From: the human T2T-CHM13v2.0 reference genome, Homo sapiens | Reading direction: 5' to 3' (one strand) | Assembly: GCF_009914755.1 (NCBI RefSeq) | Contig: NC_060934.1 | Length of the DNA stretch: 64,000 bases | In this document: one piece after another, positions 1-10,399 of the stretch | Numbering within the stretch: position 1 is the stretch's first letter | How the letters are laid out: every line of letters starts with the position of its first letter | Notes under the pieces: generated by a model | What the model was told of the DNA's origin: nothing | What the model saw: only the letters and a program-made list of their open reading frames with translations | Databases searched by the model: none | Translations under genes and position numbers: made by a program

Positions 1-544
1 GCCAAGATGAGTTCTGGCCACCTGGTACTCTCTCAAAGGGAGAATGTTGAGGCTACATCCAGGCGTAGCAGGAAGAAGTGCTGTGATCTATTAGTAATGT
101 CTGCCACAGACATGCAGCACAGGGTCTAGTGACATTTACTATATAACAGCTATCTCTGGATTCTCTTCTGGATCTCAGATCATTTTTCCAGGCTCCGCCA
201 CTAGATAAGGTACAAGATCATTATTTTAGGTAACCAATGACCTCAATCTTCAGAAGCAAGAAAATCTTACTATGTATTTAAATGTAGATAAATATGTATT
301 AGTAATAAGTCTACCAAGAAATTGCTCAGGAGTGAAAGGGAACCTGTAAGTTGTGGCCTGTTTCTTTTTCTATTGCTTTATTATATACTATTTGCACTCT
401 CTCTAATTCTGTTTAATCTCTGCAGTTCTCAGCAGTCAAAATCTTTGTGTTAATTCTCTGTTGAGCAGGAAAAGAAAAAAAAAACCCTGCTGATTTCTAA
501 CATAATACTTCAAAACAGATCCTGTTTCTGTTACTTCCGCATTA

Positions 545-772
545 CATACCTAGCACTTGGAACTAGTTTTGGTATAGCATAGGTGCTCAATAAGTGCTTT
601 TAATGAATTAATCGGATGCATTTGATGTCATCTCCCTCTTAGGATGTGAGCTTCTCTAAGACAAATATGGTGAATTACTCATTATTTGCTCCTTTGCCCT
701 CACTCCCTAAAGTGATTGGCACAGTATCCAGTACGTGGTAAGGGCTCTATAAATATTTGTTAAATGAATGAA
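545..772 (+). mobile_element. Two degenerate L2 LINE 3'-end fragments
   Basis: L2 tail-like motifs 'cctagcac...taggtgctcaataagtgc...aatgaat' and 'gcacagtatccagtacgtggtaag...aaatatttgttaaatgaatgaa'. Confidence 0.55.
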
Positions 773-1534
773 GTATTAATGACAGTACTGCCAACTTTCA
801 TAGCCTCAAATTTCTTCTGCTATCGGTTAAGGCCTCTTGCTACATAAATCTTTCATATCAGTGCATTACAGTATTTGAGAATATTTCATTTGAAGAACTC
901 AGCAGAGAATATTTCCCATAAAAAGGAACAGCCCCCTATATTACCTTATTACTCACTAATTTCATAAGAAGTGCTGTTTGCTAAATTCCTCCACCCTGCT
1001 TTTGCCTTGTTTTGCACTTTCACTGCTATCTGCTTTGCTCCCAAAGCAGCCCCTCATACTTTGGAAACCACAGGGAGGCAACAATGAACCAAGACTTTTT
1101 CCTCATCAAACACTTTCCTTCTAAAGCAAAATCTTTCTTGTCCATTGTCCCACTGTAGCAAATCTCTCCCGAACTTCTGCAGTGCCCTTTTTGTCTGAAG
1201 GAATTTCCATTTACCACATCCAGTAAATACCTTTAGTGATCAGTGACTCGGCACCTGATTTTTAACACTCAATCAAGATGCGCTATGTTTCCATCATGTG
1301 ATGGTTAAATTTAATTTAAAACAAAGAGATTTCTTCACACTCATTCCATTTTGCTTCAGTTTCCAAGGCAATTTGTGTTTGTGCAGAAACCAAATGTGCT
1401 CTCTGGAGACAGATGGAGACTGGTTTTTTCTACAGGTGCCTGCCTACTACCTACCTACCTGCTCATCTTTCTAGTCTTAATCTGTTTTCCTTCCACATGA
1501 ACACTTTTTCTTTAGTTTAAATTTTTATCTTATT

Positions 1535-1615
1535 TTATTGCATTTATCTTTGTAAGCCACCTTGAATCTATTTGGAATAAGGTGGTATTACGATTCAATG
1601 AATATAAAAATAAAT
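1535..1615 (+). mobile_element. Ancient L2-clade (AmnL2-like) 3' tail with stem-loop
   Basis: 'tgtaagccaccttgaatc...tttggaataaggtggtat...aataaat'; CCACCTT (1557-1563) pairs with AAGGTGG (1579-1585). Confidence 0.4.
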
Positions 1616-2173
1616 TCATATGCCTTATATTCATATTCATATAGCTCCTGCCCCCCTGATGCTTAGAGTCTTCCTAGAAAAATAAGACTTACTTACTTGA
1701 GGAAATATGCAAGGGAGTGATTGGCAGACAGTTGCAGGAAGGTAGACAACAGATTCCTATAGAAAGCTACATTTGAAGGGACATTCAAAATTATCCAGCG
1801 GAGGTTGTGTGTCCTATGCGGAGTCACCTGAGTACTTAGTGGCAGAATCAAAACAAGTCCTCATCTTCTAACTCCAAACCTTATGCTTGCTTGATGCCCT
1901 CAGCTCCTCAATGCTTGCCAAATAGTAAGGCAAATGTGTATAATAGTCCATTGAGGAAGATCCCTCAACAGATATGAAATAATTGGTCATTATTGAGCAA
2001 ATGTCAATGTCCTCTAACGGTCACCCAAGCAAATATCTGCTCTTAATCATAAACTCTTTTTCAACATTTTTCCCCAAGTCTAAAGAAACTTAAGTAACAA
2101 TCTTGATTGACTGAAATACTCTCTATCTTGATTCTGACTCAATTAAATTTAATTTTAAAAAATACTCATCTCT

Positions 2174-2504
<331 letters not shown>

Positions 2505-3463
2505 TTATGGGAGGAAAAGAAAAAATTAATAAAATTGGAACTAAAAAGGTGATGCAGCCTGGAAAACATAAGTACTTTGATGTTAAGTGACGATAGCTAT
2601 TATCTTTGCGCCTTAAACCTAGCTCTGAGCTTCCTGGAAATCCAATCAAAAAGGGAAACACAATTAGTTGCACAGTTCTGTCTAGCTGAAGAACAGAATC
2701 ATATCTTCTCAGGAGAAAAGAATTATTCTTCTGTCAAATTCTGAGATAATTTTCTCATAAGAAACAATATATAGGGGGATGTAATAAACAATATTTTCAA
2801 TAATAATTCTCAGCTAAAACAGCAAAATCTATAAAGCATTTTCAATTATAACAAAGAGATCAATGCTTTGTCTTAAATTACATGATGATTATTCTGTGGG
2901 GGACCCAGCAATCAACTTGATCAATTTAAAAAAATAGGTAATCTAGAGAAATGAGGAGATTACATGAGCCTTAAATTATCTTCTCTCAATTTTCCTCTCT
3001 TCCAGGTACTTGACAGGTTGTAGCTATTACACAATTTCAAGACCTTACTCTCTAGCAAGAACACAGAGGGCAGTTATCCTGAAAACTGTTGAGTGCAGAG
3101 TTAAAACTTTGACAACATATAAGCAGATATTAAATTTGACATTGACTCATGCAAACTATTAAAGCCTTCCTGCCTGAGTGGAAGTCCTCCACTTAGAGAT
3201 TGACTAAACTTCCGAGTCAGGAGGAAAGTTTAACAGCCTCAAGTTACCTTACTGAGGGTTTACTCCATCATCTCATCTGTCAAAAGGGAATAAGAATTAC
3301 CCACTCACAAAGTGGTCAGTGGAGAGTGACTGTGATAACATTTGAGCACTCTTGGCCCCTCCTTCATTCTCAATAACATGTTTGTTACAAGCATGAATAA
3401 GTTCCCATTGGTATTATAGATTCCCACTGAAGGTTGAATATTCATCATTCTAAAAACCTCACA

Positions 3464-3741
3464 GGCCAGGCACGGTGGCTCACGCCTGTAATCCCAGCAC
3501 TTTGGGAGGCCGAGGCGGATGGATCACAAGGTCAGGAGTTCGAGACCAGCCTGGCCAATATGGTAAAATCCCGTCTCTACTAAAAATACAAAAATTAGCC
3601 GGGCGTGGTGGCATGCACCTGTACTCCCAGCTACTTGGGAGGCTGAGGCAGAAGACTCACTTGAACCCAGGAAGTGGGGCTGCACTGAGCCGAGATCATG
3701 CCACTGCACTCCAGCCTGGTTGACAGAGTAAGATTCTGTCT

Positions 3742-3772
<31 letters not shown>
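3464..3772 (+). mobile_element. Alu SINE (AluSg-like), full length
   Basis: ggccaggcacggtggctcacgcc start, GGATCACAAGGTCAGGAGTTCGAGACC, ~30-nt poly(A); near-TSD aaaaa(c)ctcaca. Confidence 0.97.
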
Positions 3773-3775
<3 letters not shown>

Positions 3776-3852
3776 ACAAAACCAGCCATTAAAGGACTTA
3801 TGTTCTCCCTCCTTATAACCTATGATTATATCACATTTCCCATTATGTAGTG

Positions 3853-4074
3853 TAGGAATAAGCAAACTACAGCCCTTGAGCCAATTCCAGAGTGCTGCCT
3901 GTTTTTGTAAATAAAGTTTTATTGGAGTACAACCATGCTCACTCACTTACACATTGTCTGTGGCTGCGTTCCTAATATAACAGCAAGCTTGGATAGTTAC
4001 AAAAGAGCTGACATGGCCTGCAAAGCCTAAAATATTTACCAACTGGCGCTTTATAGAAAGAATTTGCTGACCAT
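3853..4074 (+). mobile_element. MER58A hAT-Charlie non-autonomous DNA transposon
   Basis: Matches recalled consensus 'gcaaactac..gccaaat..gcctgtttttgtaaataaagttttattgga...gcaaagcctaaaatatttac...tttgctgacc'. Confidence 0.85.
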
Positions 4075-4661
4075 AGAGCACATGTCCTCTTATATGCTAT
4101 ATACATCATTTTAAACTCAGCACATCCCAAACTAAGACTTCCATCTCCTCATGTGTGTACATGCACATGCACACACAGACCCCTCGATCCCCACCTTTCC
4201 CTTCTGAACTTTACTGTCAATCCGGGTTCCCACTGTTAATGCTGTCATCTTCTGAATCCAGTTGTCATCAAATCCTACCGTCTTCTTTTCCTTTAAAAAC
4301 TCTCCCAACCTTTCTATTCCACTCTCACTATAGCCCAGATTCCAATTACTTTCCCTGACTCTACTGACATCTTCTTTCAATCCAACTTCTATGATACTGT
4401 CTGTGTCATTGTCCCAAAATGCCATTTTTACAGTATTACAATGCAATTCAAAAACCTATGGTGGCTCTGACTTGCCTTCCACACCAAGTCTGAATTTGCT
4501 GTGCTTGGCTTTAAAAATAATCACAGTCTGCCTCCATAGTTTCTGTCAAACTCCAGGTCCCATCCCTTCCAGATCTACTCTGGGCACTCTCGTCTGGCCC
4601 ATCTCCATTAGCACCGACCTTGCTAAATCTTACCTGTGTTGTTCACTTCCACCATGGCTTC

Positions 4662-5118
4662 TGTTACAGGTTGAATTTTGTCCCCTCCCCAAAATTCATA
4701 TGTTGAAGTCTGAACCCCCAATACCTTGGAATATGGCCTTATTTGGAAATAGGTTCATTGCAGATGTTATTAGTGAGGCTAAGATGAGGTCATTTGGGAG
4801 TAGGGTGGGCCTTACAAGTGTCCTCATAAAAAGGGGAAAGTTGAAACCAGAGACACAAGGTGACTACCACATGGTCCTCAAAGCAAAGATCTGAGTGATA
4901 GATCTACAAGCCAAGGAAAACTCAAGATGGCCAAAGATGGCCAGCAAATCACCAGAGACGTGGAACAGATCCTCCCTCACAGCCTGCAGAAGGAATCAAC
5001 CCCACTGACACCTTGATCTCAGAATTCTGGCCTCCAGAACTGTGAGACAATAAATGCCTGTTTTCTAGGGCACCCAGTATGCGGGGCTTCATAACAGCAG
5101 CCCTGGGAAACAAATGCA
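4662..5118 (+). mobile_element. MaLR solo LTR (MLT1C-like)
   Basis: tg..ca termini; 'ttgaattttgtcccc..aaaattcatatgttgaagtc', 'ggcctccagaactgtgagacaataaat', 'cagcagccctgggaaacaaatgca'. Confidence 0.85.
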
Positions 5119-6033
5119 GCCCCTGACCTGACCAAGGCTCAGAAGGCTTTCTAGAGGAAAGGTAGCTCTGAAGGCTGTGTGAGATGTGCCTGTGCAGAGA
5201 AAGAGACGAAGACAGCTGCAAACAGCAAGGGAACAATTAATAAGCCCAGCAAGCTGGCCTGCATCCTCCCTTCCAAAAGGAAGCCAAGACTGCTTCCTCG
5301 AAAGCCTGCAAGGCATTTCCCCGCTTTGTACCACTCCTAGTTGGTCAGAGAAAGAGCAGGAGTGAGGGAAGCTGAGATAAGGAAATTGACTCCAGGATCT
5401 GTCTTCAGTGAGTTGCTTTTTGATGTCTACTCTTCCCTTCCTGTCCTTTCCTTGCTGAAAACTTGAGCCCCAACTTTTGTAAAAGGCATGAGCCAAGTGA
5501 ATCCTCTTCAGGACTCTGTTGCCATGCCCTCCCTCTGCTTCTGTCCTGGAAGTCTCACCTTCCGGCTGGAGAGTTCACAGTCCCTGAACAAAGGCTGCTT
5601 GCGAGAGGCTGCCAAGACCTGTGCATTGTCCAGGAACTTCAAGGAGGCTAAACTGGGACCTACCAAATCAGGCAGGAGACTTCTTTCAGAGAATGTGGCC
5701 CAGGAGACTCATGAGAGGCCGAGGAGAGCTCTGCAGCTCTGTTTGGCTCTGACATGCAAGCCCATGTGTCTCTGGCTGGTTGTCAGTGAGAAAATGAAAC
5801 CCCTCCAAGTCACTGGACTCCAGGAGGCCAAAGGCCAAACCAACCCTTCCGCCACCAGGTCACAGAATGTGCGTCTGTGAGCTCATTATCCTCTTCCCCA
5901 GAGATACGAATGGTTTGGTAAACTCCTTATCTCAAATGAGGCAAGGTAAACAATGATCGTATTTCTTGATCCCAGGGAAAAAAGAGGCACAAGTGCTGAA
6001 GTGAAGACACGACTGATTAGGTGGAGGGAAAAA

Positions 6034-6187
6034 CTGGGCTGGCTTCTGGGGCATGCGACCTGAACACGAAGCCCAATACCTGGTTTAATCCTCTGCTCCT
6101 GCCATCTGAAATTCTTAGGAACTATTGAACAAGGGGTCTTGCATTTTCATTTTGCTTTGAATCCTGAAAACTTTGTAACCATCTCTG
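6034..6187 (+). mobile_element. MER91A-like hAT-Tip100 element
   Basis: 'gggctggcttctggggcatgcgacctg...tggtttaat..ctctgct..gaaattctta..tgaacaagggg..gcattttcattttgc'. Confidence 0.7.
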
Positions 6188-6194
6188 GGTAGGG

Positions 6195-6220
6195 GTGTGT
6201 GTGTGTGTGTGTGTGTGTGT
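6195..6220. repeat. (GT)13 microsatellite
   Basis: Directly visible. Confidence 0.95.
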
Positions 6221-6303
6221 TCATCCAGGGGGTGGATTGCTAATGAGTGATGAGCAGAGAAGGAATAGCTCAATTTCAAACCTGTGAGTAGAGGATAGAG
6301 AAG

Positions 6304-7383
6304 TAGCTGATTCCCGTTACTTGCAGTAGTTAGCTTCTACAAAGTTGCCACACACACTGAGTTAGGGAATACTGAGCCATGGCTCCTAGTGGAAATACTA
6401 GGCTCAGTTCCTGTGAGCTTCTAGTCACAATTTCATCTCATCAATCTATCAATATATAACCTTCCTTTATAAGTGTTTCTGTTTAAAGACATTATTTATA
6501 AAATATATGATATACAATATGTATTATATTATATACTATAATACATATATTTATATCATTTTATGTATTGTTTATATATTATTTACTATACATTATTTAT
6601 ATATTCTATAGATACTGTTACAATATAGTATATAATTATTCTATATATAATTAGTATTGTAGTATTATATACTGTATGTATAGTATATAATTAATACTAT
6701 ATATTATTTATATTATATACTATATATACATTACATAGTATATATTACATAGCATATATAGTATATAACCAATACTATATTAAATATATTAAATACTATA
6801 TATTATGTACTATATTTAGTATATATACAGGATTACTATGTGACATAGTATATATAATATATAGTATACAATATAAATAATATACGTATGATAGTAAAGT
6901 ATACATAGTATAATATATGTATTATAGTGTGTATAATATCATATATGTACTATATTATATATATACTATTTGATTCATTAACATTGAGCCCCCTGCCAAC
7001 CTCACTATAACTCATGTCTGAACAAAGCTTATCTAACACACACATTTTCTCCGTAATTGCATTTAGGAACACTAGACAGCACTTTGCACTTACTTGGGGA
7101 CCATTGAAACGTGAAATCGCCATCAAAAAGCACAAACATGTGAAAAACATGGCATGCAACAGATTTGTTGACAGTATCAGAGATGAAACAAGAAGGCCGA
7201 ATGCGGTGGTGTACAACCTCAGCTGGGCACATGCATTTCAGGTGACTCAAATGTTTTGTCACTTTGCGTGGCATCCATCAGTGGCCATGAAAGTGCCCCA
7301 GGTATTGGTTTGGAGTTAGAAATATATTTTAGCAAGTAGGTGAATTCACAAATACAGAATCCACAAATAATGAGAATCAAATG
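6304..7383. mobile_element. MER82 TcMar-Tigger element, interrupted by an AT-rich expansion
   Basis: Imperfect TIRs 'tagctgattcccgttacttg' / 'caaataatgagaatcaaatg'; internal 'gtttctgtttaaagac...tgattcattaacattga', 'gaacactagacagcact', 'acctcagctggg'. Confidence 0.85.
6491..6970. repeat. AT-rich degenerate (TA)n/TATAC low-complexity tract
   Basis: ~480 bp that is almost entirely A/T, with recurring tagtatata and its reverse complement tatatacta. Confidence 0.92.
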
Positions 7384-7865
7384 AAATTCAACTAGGATGA
7401 GGAGCCTAGGATTCCATTTCTGTCACTGCTGTGTGACATCCAGCAAGTTTTTTATCCTCCCTGTGTGTTGGTTTTCCCTTCTTTGTCTGCTGAATTTCTA
7501 TTTAGCCTTCAAGAGAAAGGTTGAAACAGGCTGAATGTGGCAAACCACCACCTCCTCCATGAGGATTTTCCAATAACTTCAGTTAGAAGTGAATTGTTTC
7601 TTTCTTCTAAATATCCCTCAGCATTTTGCCTATTCTTCCAGTATAATGCTAATCTAATCATGCTTTATTGTAATTCATTGCTGATCTTCTATTACTCCTA
7701 TAAGTATATTTTAAGATCTGTAAGGACAGGGATTACATCTTATTCACCTTTATATCCAAACACTGCTGAGCCCACTTTTTCATAATGCAGGTGCTGAATA
7801 GTGATTTCACTTGAAATGACAACAATAAGCCTGGCCTTATCTACCATCGTGGCTTTCATTTTTTG

Positions 7866-8302
7866 CATTTTTTACTGTGGTAAAATACACATAATATAAA
7901 AGTTGCTATTAGTAACATTTAGTACATTCACAATGTTGTGCAAGCATTGCAGAACATTTCATCATTCCAAAAGGAAACACTGTACCCATTAAGCTGTCCC
8001 TCCCCATTCTCCCCGTCCCCCAGATCTTGGCTACCACTAATCTGTCCTCTGTCTCTATAAATATGCCTACTCTGAATATTTCATATAGATGGAATTATGC
8101 AATATGTGGCCCTTTGTATCTGGCTTCTTTCACTCAGCATAACGTTTTTCAGGTTAATCCATGTTGTACCATACATCAGTACTTCATTACTTTTTATGGC
8201 TGAATAATATTCCATTGTATATGGCTATACCACATTTTGTTTGTCCATTCCTCAGTTGATGGGCATTTGGGTTGTTCCCACATTTTGGCTTTTGTGAATA
8301 GT
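7866..8302 (-). mobile_element. L1MB-type LINE-1 3' end fragment
   Basis: 'tttactgtggtaaaatacacataa...tggcttctttcactcagcataa...ggctgaataatattccattgtat...gttgatgggcatttgggttgtt'. Confidence 0.85.
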
Positions 8303-8384
8303 CTACCATAATATTTCAATGATTCACTATAGAAATATTAGTAATAATAATGTTTTAGCTATAAAGGTAGAATGCATGTTTACT

Positions 8385-8532
8385 TGTGCTCCACCCTCTA
8401 CTAGACTGTAAAGTCCTGAGGGCAGGGACTTTGCCTTCTTCCCCGTAAATTCCCCAGGGCCTTGGCTAGTGTCAGGGCCTTGGCTAGTGTCTGACACAGA
8501 ATACATGCTCAGTACTTCTGTTGACTAATGAA
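8385..8532 (+). mobile_element. L2 3' end with internal 18-bp tandem duplication
   Basis: 'ctagactgtaaagtcctgagggcagggactttg...tgtctgacacaga..gctcagta..gttgactaatgaa'; cagggccttggctagtgt x2 at 8455-8490. Confidence 0.7.
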
Positions 8533-9112
8533 CGATTTCTGCTTAGAGGATTGACTGCCAATCACAATAGATATGAAACGTAGCAAAAGTCACCCTTCTA
8601 TAATCATACAATGTTAGATTTTGAAGTGATCCGATTCAAGATCATCATCCAATATTATTGGGCCCATCATTTCCTAGCTGTGTAACTTGGGCAAGTTCCT
8701 TAATCTGTTACTCTAATTCCTTCCCTATAAGGAATATTGTAGATGCATGATCTACCTCAGAGAACTGTTTGATGATTAAGTGGCTTAATGTATATTCGAC
8801 ACTTATTGGGCATTAGATTTAAGACCGAAAGGTAAGTAAATTACCCCCAAGATTGCCCAGCTAGTTAAAAACAGAGCTGGGACTGGAACCCATATGTCTT
8901 AGCTTTCCCGTCTTCCAAAATAGTTGTTTGATGGCTGCTCAGAAACTGATGGAGAACAGAGTTTTCTTCTGCAAGGATACCAGCACAGCTTCAACAGTCA
9001 CGTTTTTAGGGGCAAACATCTCTTTCCTCTTACAGGTGGCCTCTAAGCCCCAACCTCTTTACCTCCTTCTAGCTTCCAAATCTTCCAATCTTTGAATGTC
9101 TACTACTCAAAG

Positions 9113-9537
9113 CAATTTTTCCCAAAGTATATTCCTCAGAACATTCACTTAAACATCCAGCGTAATTTCTAGGTTTAAAAATAATGAGGATGACCAACTG
9201 ACAGGATAAGAATTATGAAGGTAGTGTTTGAGTAACAGAATAAAATGTTTGGAATATTTCTCTAGGATAATAATGACATATTTTGTTTTTTAAAAATTGG
9301 CTTGGAGAATGTTTTTATTTTTTAAAAAATTATTCCTTAGCCAAATATATTTGAGAAATAAGACATCTCTTAGAAAGGGACTATGCAAATTAGCATATAG
9401 AGGTTACTAAGGAGTTTTGCATCTAGACACTTTTTAACCCAGCAGTTCCAGAGCATAATGAAATATGAAAACATTTCTCAGCACAATACTTATTACCATC
9501 CTTGGAATGCCACAAAACACATTTTAAGAAACACCAG
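9113..9537. mobile_element. Old hAT-Charlie-type MITE (subfamily not assigned)
   Basis: Charlie-like ends 'caatttttcccaaagtatattcc..gaaca' and 'aaacacattttaagaaacaccag'. Confidence 0.4.
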
Positions 9538-10399
9538 AATTGATTTTTACCCCAGGCATCAAATGGAAGGGACATATGTTAACGCAAGCTCTATGAGAGC
9601 AGGTTTTTCTAGTTTTTTCACTGCTTAGGACAGTACCTGGCACACAGTAGAGATTAACTGATTATTTGTCGAAGAATATATGCTCATGGAAATAGCAACT
9701 TGGGATTTGGGACATCAGCCCCTGGTAGAGAAGAAGCCAGCACATTAGGTTGTGGGTCTCTGGTCTGGTTGTTCTCAGCCAGAAGTTCCCCATGGAGTTG
9801 GCTATCCTAAAAGAAGAAGGCCCCCATCCACCCAGGAAGGGCTTCTTGCCAACCAAGATGGCAGGTCCCCACCAGAGTAGAACAGGCATGCAATACAGGC
9901 CACAGCTGCCTAATTCACTGGTATCAGTATTTCCACGGATGCCAGTCTTCATGACTTCCACACAAAAATCAGGTTCCCTTACAAATCTGAGTCAATAGGC
10001 TTTAAACTGAGCACTCGTGAAAGAATAAACTCCACTCCCCTACTCACAGCCAGCCCTCTGGCCTTGTCTAGGCCACGGCCAGGAGCACTAGGGAGGGAAA
10101 AGGAAGGTAGCTTCAACTTTTCCTGGCAAAGTGGCCTTCCTTTTCAGAACCTGTAGCTCAGCTAAGTGGAGACACCTGGTGTTTGTTGTTGCAACTTCAA
10201 GAACAATACATTAAGACTCGGGGCAGAAAATCAGGCTTTTCATAAAAATTGTGTCATCACAAAGACGGTTCAGGAAGAGAAAATGCAAATGGCAGCCCAA
10301 CTCACCCCTACAAGACTTTTTCCCCCTCAATATTTCTACCATCTGAATAGCTTTTCTCCGTATTCCTGTATGTAAAACATGGGGGAAAAAAAACACAAT

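Noticed and set aside
194-210. CTCF-like 'ccgccactagataag'
   Set aside because: The 3' half of the motif (GGCG/GGCA) is missing
3475-3946. ORFs overlapping Alus (also ~24134, 25876, 40502, 41000-41405, 54483-54878, 56193)
   Set aside because: Typical Alu-translation peptides, not genes
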